A DNA stretch of 64,000 nucleotides, from contig CAZDVM010000008.1 in assembly GCA_964508925.1 (NCBI GenBank), positions 97,774 to 161,773 on the forward strand, read 5' to 3'. The position numbers were made by a program, and so were the translations under genes. A model generated the notes under the pieces. The model was not told the DNA's origin. It did no database searches and worked only from the letters and a program-made list of their open reading frames with translations. How positions within the stretch are numbered: position 1 is the stretch's first letter; each line of letters begins with the position of its first letter. Source of the stretch: an uncultured Pirellulales bacterium (GTDB lineage: Bacteria; Planctomycetota; Phycisphaerae; Sedimentisphaerales; Anaerobacaceae). Below, one piece after another: positions 1 to 9,399 of the stretch.

Positions 1-489
1 ACGACGCAGTCAGCGGTAAGTACCGGCCCTTCAAGTGCGATGAAGACATCGCTCATCTTGATGTCCTTGGGGTCTTTTGCCAACAAGTAGCCGCCTCTTG
101 CCCCCCTGACACTTCTCAGAAAGCCCATGGATTTTAAAATCGTCATTAGTTGTTCCAGATATTTGTTTGAGATATCCTGGTGCTGTGCGATCAGTTTCAA
201 CTGAACAGGGCCGTCTTTTTTTGTCTGTGCGAGTTCTAAAAGAGCTCTTATACCGTATCTTGTTCTTGTAGATAATTTCATATTATCACCTTTTCTATCA
301 CCTATTAACTCTAGTAAAATACTAGTATTTTAAGTATATGTTTCGAATATTTCCAGTAAAAAACAGGAATTTTTTTAAATTCGCCTAAATTCCTTATTTT
401 TATGCTTTTTTTTATCAGATTCAAATATTGACTTTAACTCGAAAACGGGTAAAATACAGTTTTGCTTAGAGGAACAGAGGAGTTTTGAA

Positions 490-2838
490 ATGGCAGAGAA
501 AACGAGAAGACGGGTAGCGTTTGTTTCTACATTTCCGCCAAGAAAATGCGGGATCGCTACATTCACTCAGGATCTTATCACTAATATCAGTAAAATTTCA
601 GGAAGCAACTTCGAGCCTATAGTTATCGCCATGCAGTCAGATAATCAGATAAAATATGATGATCCGGTAAAGTTCGAGATCAGGAGAAATGTCAAGAACG
701 ATTACATCTGTGCAGCGGATTTCATAAATTTCAGTGACGTCGATGTGGTATCGGTACAGCATGAATTCGGTCTTTTCGGTGGTGATGCGGGGTCTTATCT
801 GAATATTCTTCTTGATCGGCTCAATGCACCTGTCATTTCGACACTTCATACGGTATTAAAAGACCCTGAGCCTGATTATTACAAATCCATGACAGCCCTT
901 TGCAACGCTTCCTACAAGATAGTGACTATGAATACCAAGGGTATCGAGATGCTCAGGGAAATTTACGGGATCGACGAAAAAAAGATAGAGCTTATTCCGC
1001 ACGGGATACCGGATCTGCCTTTTGTGGATAATAATTATTACAAACATAAATATTCTATGGAGGGCAGGAAGACCATACTGACTTTCGGGCTGTTGAGTAA
1101 GAACAAGGGGATCGAGTTCATGCTGGAAGCTATGCCCAAAGTGGTAGAAGCGGAACCGTCGGTGATGTACCTGGTTTTAGGGATGACCCATCCCCTGGTA
1201 GCAAAGGAGGAAGGTGAATCCTATCGTTTCAAGCTTCAGCAGAGGGTGAAAGAGCTTGGTCTTGAAAATAACGTTAAGTTCATAAACCGGTTCGTGGATG
1301 ACGACGAGCTGGGCAATTTTCTCTGTGCCTCGGATATTTATGTCACTCCATATATGAACGAAGAACAGCTGACCAGCGGGACGCTTTCCTTTGCTGTGGG
1401 AACAGGCAAGGCGGTGGTTTCCACTCCTTACTGGGCGGCAAAGGAGCTATTGGATGAGGGGAGAGGTATTATAGTGGATTTCGGCGACACCGAAGGGCTG
1501 GCAGATTCGATAATAAAAATACTGCAGGATGACAGGCTTTTTTATACACTGCGCAGGAAGGCTTACGATTACGGGAGGTCGCGAACATGGCCTAAGATAG
1601 GCAAAAAATACTGGAAGCTATTCAGCCAGAAGCTTCCAATATGCCTTTCTCATCTGGTTTCGGATGAATATTTAGAGGCGGGAGCAAACATGTCGTTTCC
1701 CGAGCCTTCCTTAAAACACATAAAGCATCTCACTGATGACACGGGGATAATGCAGCATTGCAAATATACGGTGCCGAACAGAAGTCAGGGTTACTGCACC
1801 GATGATAATGCCCGGGCAGCGATGGCGATGCTGAAATATCATTATCAGCACCCGGATTCGGAAGCATTGAAACTTCTGGATATTTATTTATCCTTTCTGC
1901 TTCATTCGCAGAGGCCTAACGGCAAGATAAGAAACCTGATGCGATATGACCGAAGCTGGATAGAAAATGAGCCTCAGCATGATGCACTGGGAAGATTTCT
2001 CTGGGCACTTGGTAATATTATAGCAGCTCCGCCGAGTAAAGCTTATGTTCCGATTCTGAAGGATTATTTTGACCGGACGGTTAATGCACTTGAATTCGAG
2101 CATCCGCGGGTTCTTTCTTATGCGATTTTGGGAATGTTCGATTACCTAATCCAGTTTCCGGGAGCAAGTGAAATAAAACGTCAGATGCAGAAGGCTGCTG
2201 ACTTTTTAATCGATCTTTATGAAAGCAACAGTGAAGAGGGTTGGGAGTGGTTTTTGGATAAGCTTACTTATGATAATGCGATAATTCCTTATGCTCTTTT
2301 TGTAGTTTCGATGAAGTTCCCCGAAAATACTGAATATTTTGAAGTCGCAGAAAAGAGTTGCGGTTTTTTACTGAAGCAGACATACCGTGAGGGGCACTTT
2401 AGTTTCATAGGCTGTAACGGCTGGTACAAGAAAGGTCACGTCCGGGCACAATTCGATCAGCAGCCGATCGAGGCGGCAAGTACTATCATGATGCTGAGGG
2501 CGGCTTACGATTCGACCAAAAACATAAAATACCTGAAACTTCAGAGAAAAGCATTCGACTGGTTTCTGGGGGATAATGACAGAAGGATACCGGTTTATAA
2601 CTTCAAGACTAAGGGGTGCCATGATGGTTTAATGAGGGGTGGTTTGAATCAGAATCAGGGCGCAGAGGCAATGCTGAGTTTTACTCTCAGTCTGGTAACG
2701 GTGATCGAGAGCTATGCCTTGAAGGACGAAAATCAGGAACAGATATTCAAATCCAGAGTTCCGATCGAACAGCTAAAAAATAAAAGTACCTCATTTAAAC
2801 GTCCTTCTCTGAAGAGCCTGAGATCTCAAAAGAAATAA
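490..2838 (+). CDS. Bifunctional-looking glycosyltransferase: N-terminal GT4 (group 1) domain fused to C-terminal (alpha/alpha)6-barrel glycoside-hydrolase-like domain
   Basis: 782 aa. N-term ~400 aa has GT4 features (EFGLFGG, C-terminal Rossmann half). C-term ~380 aa contains CTDDNARAAMAM-type six-hairpin glycosidase-like motifs. ATG preceded by GAGGAG RBS. Confidence 0.6.
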   Translation: MAEKTRRRVAFVSTFPPRKCGIATFTQDLITNISKISGSNFEPIVIAMQSDNQIKYDDPVKFEIRRNVKNDYICAADFINFSDVDVVSVQHEFGLFGGDAGSYLNILLDRLNAPVISTLHTVLKDPEPDYYKSMTALCNASYKIVTMNTKGIEMLREIYGIDEKKIELIPHGIPDLPFVDNNYYKHKYSMEGRKTILTFGLLSKNKGIEFMLEAMPKVVEAEPSVMYLVLGMTHPLVAKEEGESYRFKLQQRVKELGLENNVKFINRFVDDDELGNFLCASDIYVTPYMNEEQLTSGTLSFAVGTGKAVVSTPYWAAKELLDEGRGIIVDFGDTEGLADSIIKILQDDRLFYTLRRKAYDYGRSRTWPKIGKKYWKLFSQKLPICLSHLVSDEYLEAGANMSFPEPSLKHIKHLTDDTGIMQHCKYTVPNRSQGYCTDDNARAAMAMLKYHYQHPDSEALKLLDIYLSFLLHSQRPNGKIRNLMRYDRSWIENEPQHDALGRFLWALGNIIAAPPSKAYVPILKDYFDRTVNALEFEHPRVLSYAILGMFDYLIQFPGASEIKRQMQKAADFLIDLYESNSEEGWEWFLDKLTYDNAIIPYALFVVSMKFPENTEYFEVAEKSCGFLLKQTYREGHFSFIGCNGWYKKGHVRAQFDQQPIEAASTIMMLRAAYDSTKNIKYLKLQRKAFDWFLGDNDRRIPVYNFKTKGCHDGLMRGGLNQNQGAEAMLSFTLSLVTVIESYALKDENQEQIFKSRVPIEQLKNKSTSFKRPSLKSLRSQKK

Positions 2839-2860
2839 AACAAGAAAATTAAAAAAGATT

Positions 2861-2992
2861 TTAATTTGCGGCATCCTGAATTCCATCTCCAACTGCCGAA
2901 ATATCCTCTCCGATACCTTCAACCGTGTTACAGCCGACGCAGGAAACGATTAATATTAATATTGTTGCAATTAATAACATTTTACGGATCAT
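2861..2992 (-). CDS. Entericidin A/B-like small lipoprotein (43 aa)
   Basis: Below the 60-aa cutoff so absent from the ORF track. Translation MIRKMLLIATILILIVSCVGCNTVEGIGEDISAVGDGIQDAAN has a lipobox (VSC-VGC) and the GCNT..G.GxDI...G..I..AA entericidin signature. AAGGAG RBS sits 8 nt upstream of the ATG. Confidence 0.6.
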   Translation of the reverse strand: MIRKMLLIATILILIVSCVGCNTVEGIGEDISAVGDGIQDAAN

Positions 2993-3144
2993 TTTTAGAC
3001 TCCTTCTCTTATCAAAATTTTATTTTTAACTATTATATTATCTTTCTTCATGTAAGGAAATATATTTTATAATTGGAAAATTAATATCAATGCATTTATA
3101 ATCAGATTTGAATTTATTTCTATGTAAAAGGAAGAAAACTCAAA

Positions 3145-3915
3145 ATGCAGATAGCTACTTTTAATGTAAATTCACTGCGAGCACGAATCGGAATCGTGCG
3201 GGACTGGATCAAGGACAATAAGCCTGATGTGCTGTGCCTTCAGGAAACGAAGGTTCAGGATGATGAATTTCCGGAAGATGAATTCGACGGTTTCGAATAT
3301 AATTTCGTTTACCGGGGACAGAAGACTTACAACGGAGTTGCGATAATAAGCAGGCATGAGATAAATGATGTAGAGATGAGCCTGGATGAGGATCCGAAGG
3401 ATGAGGCAAGGCTGATAAAGGCAGCAGTTAATAATGTTGCGATAATAAATGCCTATGTACCACAGGGACAGTCGCGAGATTCTGATATGTTTCAATATAA
3501 ATTAGAATGGCTGGGGAATCTTAAGAAATTCATCGATAAGCGATTTAAGAAAAAAGACAAGGTTGTTCTAGTTGGGGATCTTAATATAGCTCCGGAGGAC
3601 AGAGACGTTTATGACCCGGAAATACTAGAGGGGCATGTCTGTTTTAATGAGGAAGTCAGTAAGATATTCGATGATCTGAAGGACTGGGGATTTGTGGACT
3701 GTTTCAGAAAGCATAATGAAAAGCACAGTCAGTTTTCTTTCTGGGATTATCGCGAGGGAAATGCGTTCAAGAAGAACCGCGGGTGGCGGCTTGATCATAT
3801 TCTTGCAACAAAGCCAATGGCGGACAAGTGTTCGAAGTGCTATATAGATAAGGGACAGAGGGAACTTAAAAAGCCGAGTGACCATACGCCCGTTATTGCG
3901 GAGTTCGATATATAA
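3145..3915 (+). CDS. xth: Exodeoxyribonuclease III
   Basis: MQIATFNVNSLRARIG...DVLCLQETK...SDHTPV: full ExoIII/APE1 family signature. Confidence 0.9.
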   Translation: MQIATFNVNSLRARIGIVRDWIKDNKPDVLCLQETKVQDDEFPEDEFDGFEYNFVYRGQKTYNGVAIISRHEINDVEMSLDEDPKDEARLIKAAVNNVAIINAYVPQGQSRDSDMFQYKLEWLGNLKKFIDKRFKKKDKVVLVGDLNIAPEDRDVYDPEILEGHVCFNEEVSKIFDDLKDWGFVDCFRKHNEKHSQFSFWDYREGNAFKKNRGWRLDHILATKPMADKCSKCYIDKGQRELKKPSDHTPVIAEFDI

Positions 3916-3939
3916 AATTTTAAATTCAGGGAAGATATT

Positions 3940-5277
3940 ATGTTTCAAAAAGTATTCGATTTTTTAAGGCACGGTATCTGGCGGTTGAGATTGAAGAATT
4001 ATCCGCCGGGAAAGTCATTTCTATTAAAACAGCTTCGAGTAATAGTGCTGTCGGTGAGAGGATTTGTAGAAGATCAGTGCAAGTTCCGAGCGTCTGCTTT
4101 AACATTCTTTTCGCTGCTTTCGATCGTGCCTGTATTGGCATTAATGTTCGGCATAGCAAAGGGATTCGGCCTTCAAAAAAGAGTAGAAAATGCAATACTT
4201 AATAATTTGCAAGACTTTGAAAATGTAGAAGGCTATGAAAAGATGGCCGAAAACATCATTTCCTTTTCAAATTCGCTGCTAGAACGAACAAGCGGCGGCC
4301 TTATTGCTGGTATCGGTGTGGTGTTTCTTTTCTGGACTATTATTAAGCTTTTAGGAAATATTGAAAATTCATTCAATAACATCTGGGGCGTTAAAAAACC
4401 CAGGCACCTTGGAAGAAAATTCAGTGACTATCTTTCAGTGATCCTTATCTGCCCGATACTTCTGGTGATATCCAGTAGTCTCAATGTAGCAATAACGACA
4501 CATGTAAAAGACTTTATTGCAAATTTCGATGTTCCGAATATTATTTCAGCCTTGATATTACTTTCATTGAGGCTGCTTCCGTTTATCACAATCTGGTTAA
4601 CCTTTTCGTTTGTATTTATTTTCATGCCAAATACAAAGGTCAAGCTTAAATCGGCCTTCGCATCTGCAGTGGTTTCGGGGACATTATTTGTTATAGCTCA
4701 GAAGCTTTATGTGATTTTCCAGGTAGGATCAGCCAAATACAGTGCTATTTACGGTAGCTTTGCAGCACTTCCTTTGTTTTTATTGTGGCTTCAGATAAGC
4801 TGGCTGATAGTTCTTTTCGGGGGGGAGTTGTCTTTTGCATATCAGAATGTTGACACTTACGAGTTCGAACAGGAGAGCCTCTCGATAAGTTATAAATTCA
4901 AGAAAAAGCTTTCGCTTCTGATAACGCATTTATTCGTAATGGATTTCTGCAATGAAAAGCCTGCGAAGACATCGTCAGAAATTACGCATCATTTTGAGAT
5001 CCCGATCAGGCTTGTACGGCAGATAGTTTTCGAACTTTGTGAATCAGGTATTCTTTCGGAAGTTAAAAAAGACGATGAGACTGACACGGCGTATCAGCCC
5101 GCGGTTTCAGTGAATAAGCTGACCATTAAATATGTTCTGGATGCCCTGGAAGGACATGGCAGTGCCGATATACCCATGGAAAAGACCGAGGTGCTTGAAA
5201 AACTGTCCGGCTGTCTAGAAGATATTTCCAAACAGATAGAGAAGTCGCCGGCTAATGTAAAATTAATGGACATCTGA
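3940..5277 (+). CDS. YihY/BrkB family membrane protein (RNase BN-like) with C-terminal extension
   Basis: 445 aa. Multi-TM core typical of the YihY family (FRASALTFFSLLSIVP) plus a soluble C-terminal ~110 aa domain. Confidence 0.65.
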   Translation: MFQKVFDFLRHGIWRLRLKNYPPGKSFLLKQLRVIVLSVRGFVEDQCKFRASALTFFSLLSIVPVLALMFGIAKGFGLQKRVENAILNNLQDFENVEGYEKMAENIISFSNSLLERTSGGLIAGIGVVFLFWTIIKLLGNIENSFNNIWGVKKPRHLGRKFSDYLSVILICPILLVISSSLNVAITTHVKDFIANFDVPNIISALILLSLRLLPFITIWLTFSFVFIFMPNTKVKLKSAFASAVVSGTLFVIAQKLYVIFQVGSAKYSAIYGSFAALPLFLLWLQISWLIVLFGGELSFAYQNVDTYEFEQESLSISYKFKKKLSLLITHLFVMDFCNEKPAKTSSEITHHFEIPIRLVRQIVFELCESGILSEVKKDDETDTAYQPAVSVNKLTIKYVLDALEGHGSADIPMEKTEVLEKLSGCLEDISKQIEKSPANVKLMDI

Positions 5278-5307
5278 TAATCAAATCCCAGGGATGTATA
5301 AAAAAAG

Positions 5308-5378
5308 CTGGGGCACAGGGATTTGAACCCCGACTAAATGATTCAGAGTCATTCGTGCTACCATTACACCATGCCCCA
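5308..5378 (-). tRNA. tRNA-Gln (anticodon CUG)
   Basis: Minus-strand sequence TGGGGCATGGTGTAATGGTAGCAC...AATGA-CTCTGAA-TCATT...CGGGG-TTCAAAT-CCCTG-TGCCCCA-G folds as a cloverleaf. 7-bp acceptor stem, TTCAAAT T-loop, anticodon loop CU-CUG-AA. CCA is not encoded. Confidence 0.85.
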
Positions 5379-5524
5379 GTAAATGAACATTTACCAGCAA
5401 AGAGTATAAAAGTTTAGTGATTTTGCAGAATTTTTCAAGTTATTTGGCATATTTTTCGGTTTATTTTTATTTATAAAATAAGGGTTAAGTTGACTTGAGA
5501 TGCTTTTGTTACTAATTTAATGCT

Positions 5525-6412
5525 ATGAGAAAAAGGATTTTTGAAATTTTATTTTTATTTTTTCTGGTCATACTGTTGGGTTGTGAAGGCCCTCCTGAAA
5601 GAAAAGTGCGGGAAAAGCCTGAATTGCAGGGGCTTACGGTACGGGACCTTGGTTCGCAGTATGATTTCAGAAAGGGTCGCTCAAAGAGCAGAAACATAAT
5701 AGAGATCAGCTTCGTGTGGCTCGAGATGCCGGCAGATAAAATCGGCAGTTTGATCGATATCACGAGACACCTTTCTAAAGAAAATATAGAATTGTTCAAT
5801 GAAGAAATCTTCTATGCCAATGATTTTGCAATTCATTTCGGACAGGTGGAACAATTCGAGGAAGTAGCGAATGCTCTTGCTGTTCAGGAGGCAAAAGAAA
5901 ATAAGATCACTAATATGGTAATAAATGAGCAGTTTTACAATGAGATCGAGCTGAAGAATTTCGAAAAAGAAAAGACGATATTTTATAATTCCGAATATGA
6001 ATCTCTGGAGGGAATAAGCCAGGAGGGTGGAAGTCTGGCGCTGCGTCTGAGGGTGAAAGTGTTAAAAGAACAGCGGGGGGCAGCTAAATTAAAAGCAGTG
6101 CCTGTATACCTGCCGGCAAAAAGCCGCCTGCCGGATATTTCAGGTATAGAGGAAAATAAGGAATATCCTTTTACGGATCTGGGTTTCAGTGCGGATATGG
6201 CGGTCGGTGACTTTGTTATGATGACACCGACTTCTCTGCACGATGATCAGGGCAGTTTGAACGGGATTTTCTTCTACAATCCTGAGTCGGATATCCTGCC
6301 GCCCAAGCCTGCAAAAGTTAAAAGCGGCGAAGAAGACAAACCAGGCGTGATAAGACTTACAAGTCAATCTTCGATCAATGTATTCATCATGTTTTTAAAA
6401 AGGATAGGCTAG
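5525..6412 (+). CDS. Hypothetical lipoprotein
   Basis: 295 aa. N-terminal signal peptide with lipobox LLGC. No recognisable catalytic motifs. Confidence 0.5.
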   Translation: MRKRIFEILFLFFLVILLGCEGPPERKVREKPELQGLTVRDLGSQYDFRKGRSKSRNIIEISFVWLEMPADKIGSLIDITRHLSKENIELFNEEIFYANDFAIHFGQVEQFEEVANALAVQEAKENKITNMVINEQFYNEIELKNFEKEKTIFYNSEYESLEGISQEGGSLALRLRVKVLKEQRGAAKLKAVPVYLPAKSRLPDISGIEENKEYPFTDLGFSADMAVGDFVMMTPTSLHDDQGSLNGIFFYNPESDILPPKPAKVKSGEEDKPGVIRLTSQSSINVFIMFLKRIG

Positions 6413-6415
6413 CGG

Positions 6416-7369
6416 ATGAATTTTTCCTGTGCTGTGGCAGAATGCAAAGATTACGAAAAGGAAAACGTAAAAGGTGCTTTGGAAAGGACTTTTTCACTTC
6501 TGGGGGGACTGGATAAATTTGTTGACAAAGGTGACAAGGTACTTATCAAACCCAATCTTATCGCTCCTAAGCCGGCTTCCATCCCGGCACAGACAAACGG
6601 AACCATGATCGTTGAGACGGCGAGAATTTTAAAGGAATTCGGAGCGAAGCCTTTTGTGGGTGATTCCCCTGCTTGGTCGAATATTTCTAACTGTTTAAAG
6701 AAGCTGGTTATTTATGATGAACTGGAAAGGATGGATGTGCCGGTCAAGGCATTTGTCAGGCCATATAAGAAGAGACTAAAGAATCCTTCCTGTAAGATCG
6801 GTTTCAGCACGGCTGCAAAGGAAGCGGACAAGATAATAAATCTGCCGAAATTGAAGGCACATCAGCAGCTTGGAGCGACGGTTGCGGTAAAGAATATGTT
6901 TGGGACAGTCACGGGAAAACAGAAGGCATACCTGCATTTTTCTATGGGCGGTAACAGGGCAAGATTCGCCAAGATGCTGATAAATATTTATGAAGAGATG
7001 AGGCCGGCACTGAATATTGTGGATGCGGTGGATGCAATGGAAGGACCGGGGCCTATCCGAGGCAATCCAAGGCGGCTTGGGTTGATCGTATCTTCGGAGC
7101 AGCCGATATGCTGTGAGCTGATATGCGCAAAAGTGATCAACCTGGATATCAATAAATTGTGTATCTTAAACGCTGCGAGAGAGCTTCATTACGGGCCGAA
7201 GCGACCGGAGGAAATCGAAATCCTCGGAGACGGATTCGAAGATAGAATATGCAGGAATTTTGTTTTGCCTGAGATCAAGCCGATCAAATTTTCCTTCGGA
7301 CATGTCTGCAGGAGTGTTTTTAGGCAGATAATGCTATTGATAAAGGCAGGCAGGAATTCGGATAATTGA
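6416..7369 (+). CDS. DUF362 domain-containing protein
   Basis: GDKVLIKPNL...GAKPFVGDSP pattern typical of DUF362. Starts 4 nt after the upstream lipoprotein gene, so likely co-transcribed. Confidence 0.7.
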   Translation: MNFSCAVAECKDYEKENVKGALERTFSLLGGLDKFVDKGDKVLIKPNLIAPKPASIPAQTNGTMIVETARILKEFGAKPFVGDSPAWSNISNCLKKLVIYDELERMDVPVKAFVRPYKKRLKNPSCKIGFSTAAKEADKIINLPKLKAHQQLGATVAVKNMFGTVTGKQKAYLHFSMGGNRARFAKMLINIYEEMRPALNIVDAVDAMEGPGPIRGNPRRLGLIVSSEQPICCELICAKVINLDINKLCILNAARELHYGPKRPEEIEILGDGFEDRICRNFVLPEIKPIKFSFGHVCRSVFRQIMLLIKAGRNSDN

Positions 7370-7394
7370 CACGGAAATGTTTTTGGGCTAATAT
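7366..7394 (+). promoter_or_regulatory. Sigma70-like promoter (TTGACA-17nt-TAATAT) directly upstream of tsaD, likely giving a leaderless or near-leaderless mRNA
   Basis: TTGACA at 7366-7371 and TAATAT at 7389-7394 with 17-nt spacing. The tsaD ATG at 7403 lies ~8 nt downstream of the -10 element. Confidence 0.5.
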
Positions 7395-7402
7395 TTTTGC
7401 TT

Positions 7403-8452
7403 ATGGAAATTGAAAATAAACAAGTGAATATACTGGGTATCGAGACTAGTTGTGATGAGACGGCGGCGGCGGTTATTACAGACGGCAAGATCATAAAATC
7501 CTCGGTAGTGGCCAGCCAGACCGAACTACATGAGAAGTACGGCGGGGTGGTGCCGGAGATCGCTTCCCGTGCGCATATTCAGAACATCTATCCGGTAGTA
7601 AAAGAAGCACTTGATCGGACAGGTATGGGCAAGGATGATATCGACGCAATCGCGATCGCAAACCGGCCCGGACTTACCATAGCCTTAATGGTAGGTGTCA
7701 CTGCAGCAAAAGCTCTCAGTTTTGCATGGGAAAAGCCGCTGATATCGATCAATCATATTCACGCACATCTGCAGTCGGCGATAATGGAAGAGGAAGAGAT
7801 CGAACTGCCGGCGGCAGGGCTTATAGTTTCCGGGGGGCATACGAGCTTATATGACTGTCACTCGATCTTAGAGCCTAGACTACTCGGTTCTACCATAGAC
7901 GATGCAGCAGGTGAGGCATTCGATAAGGTGGCGTCTATTTTGAAGCTGCCTTATCCCGGCGGGCCTAGTATCGAAAAAGCAGCCAAGGAGGGCAATCCGG
8001 AGGCGATCGATTTTCCAAGGACGCTGCTGGATAAGTTGTCCCTTGATTTTTCCTTTAGCGGGATCAAAACAGCTGTGCTTTATTACTGCAGGGGACAGGA
8101 TATGAAGGGTGAGAACCAGGTGGATAAAATGTCCAGGCAGCAGATAGCAGATATAGCTGCTTCGTTTCAGAAGGCGGTCGTTGATGTGTTGGTGATTAAG
8201 ACCAAGAGAGCTGTCGATAAGATAGATGCAAAAACAGTGCTGCTGGGAGGCGGAGTTGCGGCTAACAGTCTTTTAAGGGAAGAACTCGGGAAGTTTTGTG
8301 AAGAACACCGGCCTGAATTGAAACTTCTGATCGCACCGAAAAAATATTGCACGGATAACGCAGTTATGGTAGCCTCCCTTGCGTATTATAAGTATAAAGC
8401 GGGAATATTTGCCGATCTTTCTTTGGAACCGAAGGCGACGGCTGATGAATAA
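7403..8452 (+). CDS. tsaD: tRNA N6-adenosine threonylcarbamoyltransferase
   Basis: NILGIETSCDETAAAV...HIQ motif of Kae1/TsaD. The ORF track starts at a TTG at 7397, but the ATG at 7403 is more likely the true start. Confidence 0.9.
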   Translation: MEIENKQVNILGIETSCDETAAAVITDGKIIKSSVVASQTELHEKYGGVVPEIASRAHIQNIYPVVKEALDRTGMGKDDIDAIAIANRPGLTIALMVGVTAAKALSFAWEKPLISINHIHAHLQSAIMEEEEIELPAAGLIVSGGHTSLYDCHSILEPRLLGSTIDDAAGEAFDKVASILKLPYPGGPSIEKAAKEGNPEAIDFPRTLLDKLSLDFSFSGIKTAVLYYCRGQDMKGENQVDKMSRQQIADIAASFQKAVVDVLVIKTKRAVDKIDAKTVLLGGGVAANSLLREELGKFCEEHRPELKLLIAPKKYCTDNAVMVASLAYYKYKAGIFADLSLEPKATADE

Positions 8453-9314
8453 AGTCACTGAAATACCGAAATTACCGGAACGCAAAGCCAATTCACATAA
8501 GGGGACATACGGCAAGGTCTGCATGATAGCGGGTTCTTTCGGTATGAGCGGAGCGGCGGCGATAATGGCCAAATCCGCACTTCGCAGCGGAACGGGACTG
8601 TCCCGGGCGGCGGTACCTGAGAGCATTTTGCCGATCATAGCAGCTATTGAACCCTCATATACTATCACCCCCCTTCCGGAAGATAAACAGGGAAGAATAT
8701 CAAGAAAGGCGCTGCATACCATCCTCGATCTGCTCCCTCTTAATGACTGCATAGGAATGGGGCCGGGGCTTGGTAAAAGCAATGACCTGAAACTCATAAT
8801 CGAAAAAATAATCGGTCAGGAAGATTTGAAGCTGGTGCTGGATGCCGATGGTCTGAACAATCTTTCCGGGATCAAAGGCTGGCCCGGTAAGGTCAAGGCG
8901 GATATCATTCTCACACCTCATCCGGGTGAAATGAAGAGGATCTACAAATCGGTATTCAGGGAGGAAATGCCGGATGACAGGGTCGAGCAGGCGGCATGCC
9001 TGGCGGAAGAAACTAATACCACAGTGGTCTTAAAAGGAGCGGGGACGGTAGTTACTGACTGTAAGAAATATTATATCAATGATACAGGTAATTCAGGACT
9101 TGCAAGCGGGGGTACCGGCGACTGCCTGACAGGTATCATCACTTCTTTACGTGGACAGGGAATGTCTGCCTTTGAAGCAGCTCAGCTGGGGGTTTACATA
9201 CACGGGGTTGCAGGTGATATTGCAGCGGAAAAGCTGGGACAGATATCGATGATCGCTTCGGACGTAGTAGATTTTCTGCCGGAGGCTTTTAAACAATCGG
9301 CTCAAAATCAGTGA
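8445..9314 (+). CDS. nnrD: ADP-dependent NAD(P)H-hydrate dehydratase (YjeF C-terminal domain)
   Basis: HKGTYGKVCMIAGS...GGTGDCLTGII motifs of YjeF-C carbohydrate-kinase-like dehydratase. ATG overlaps the tsaD stop by 8 nt. Confidence 0.85.
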   Translation: MNKVTEIPKLPERKANSHKGTYGKVCMIAGSFGMSGAAAIMAKSALRSGTGLSRAAVPESILPIIAAIEPSYTITPLPEDKQGRISRKALHTILDLLPLNDCIGMGPGLGKSNDLKLIIEKIIGQEDLKLVLDADGLNNLSGIKGWPGKVKADIILTPHPGEMKRIYKSVFREEMPDDRVEQAACLAEETNTTVVLKGAGTVVTDCKKYYINDTGNSGLASGGTGDCLTGIITSLRGQGMSAFEAAQLGVYIHGVAGDIAAEKLGQISMIASDVVDFLPEAFKQSAQNQ

Positions 9315-9399
9315 TTTATAATGGAAATTCAGGCAGTACGCATGTAATATTGAAGAAATAAATCTTTTTAAGACGATATAAAACAAGGTTCTGTGTTTT

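Noticed and set aside
2866-3072. 68-aa plus-strand ORF between the GT gene and xth
   Set aside because: A minus-strand entericidin-like ORF with RBS and lipobox explains this region better. The plus-strand product is low-complexity.
8273-8797. 174-aa minus-strand ORF
   Set aside because: It is antisense to the clearly real tsaD and nnrD genes.
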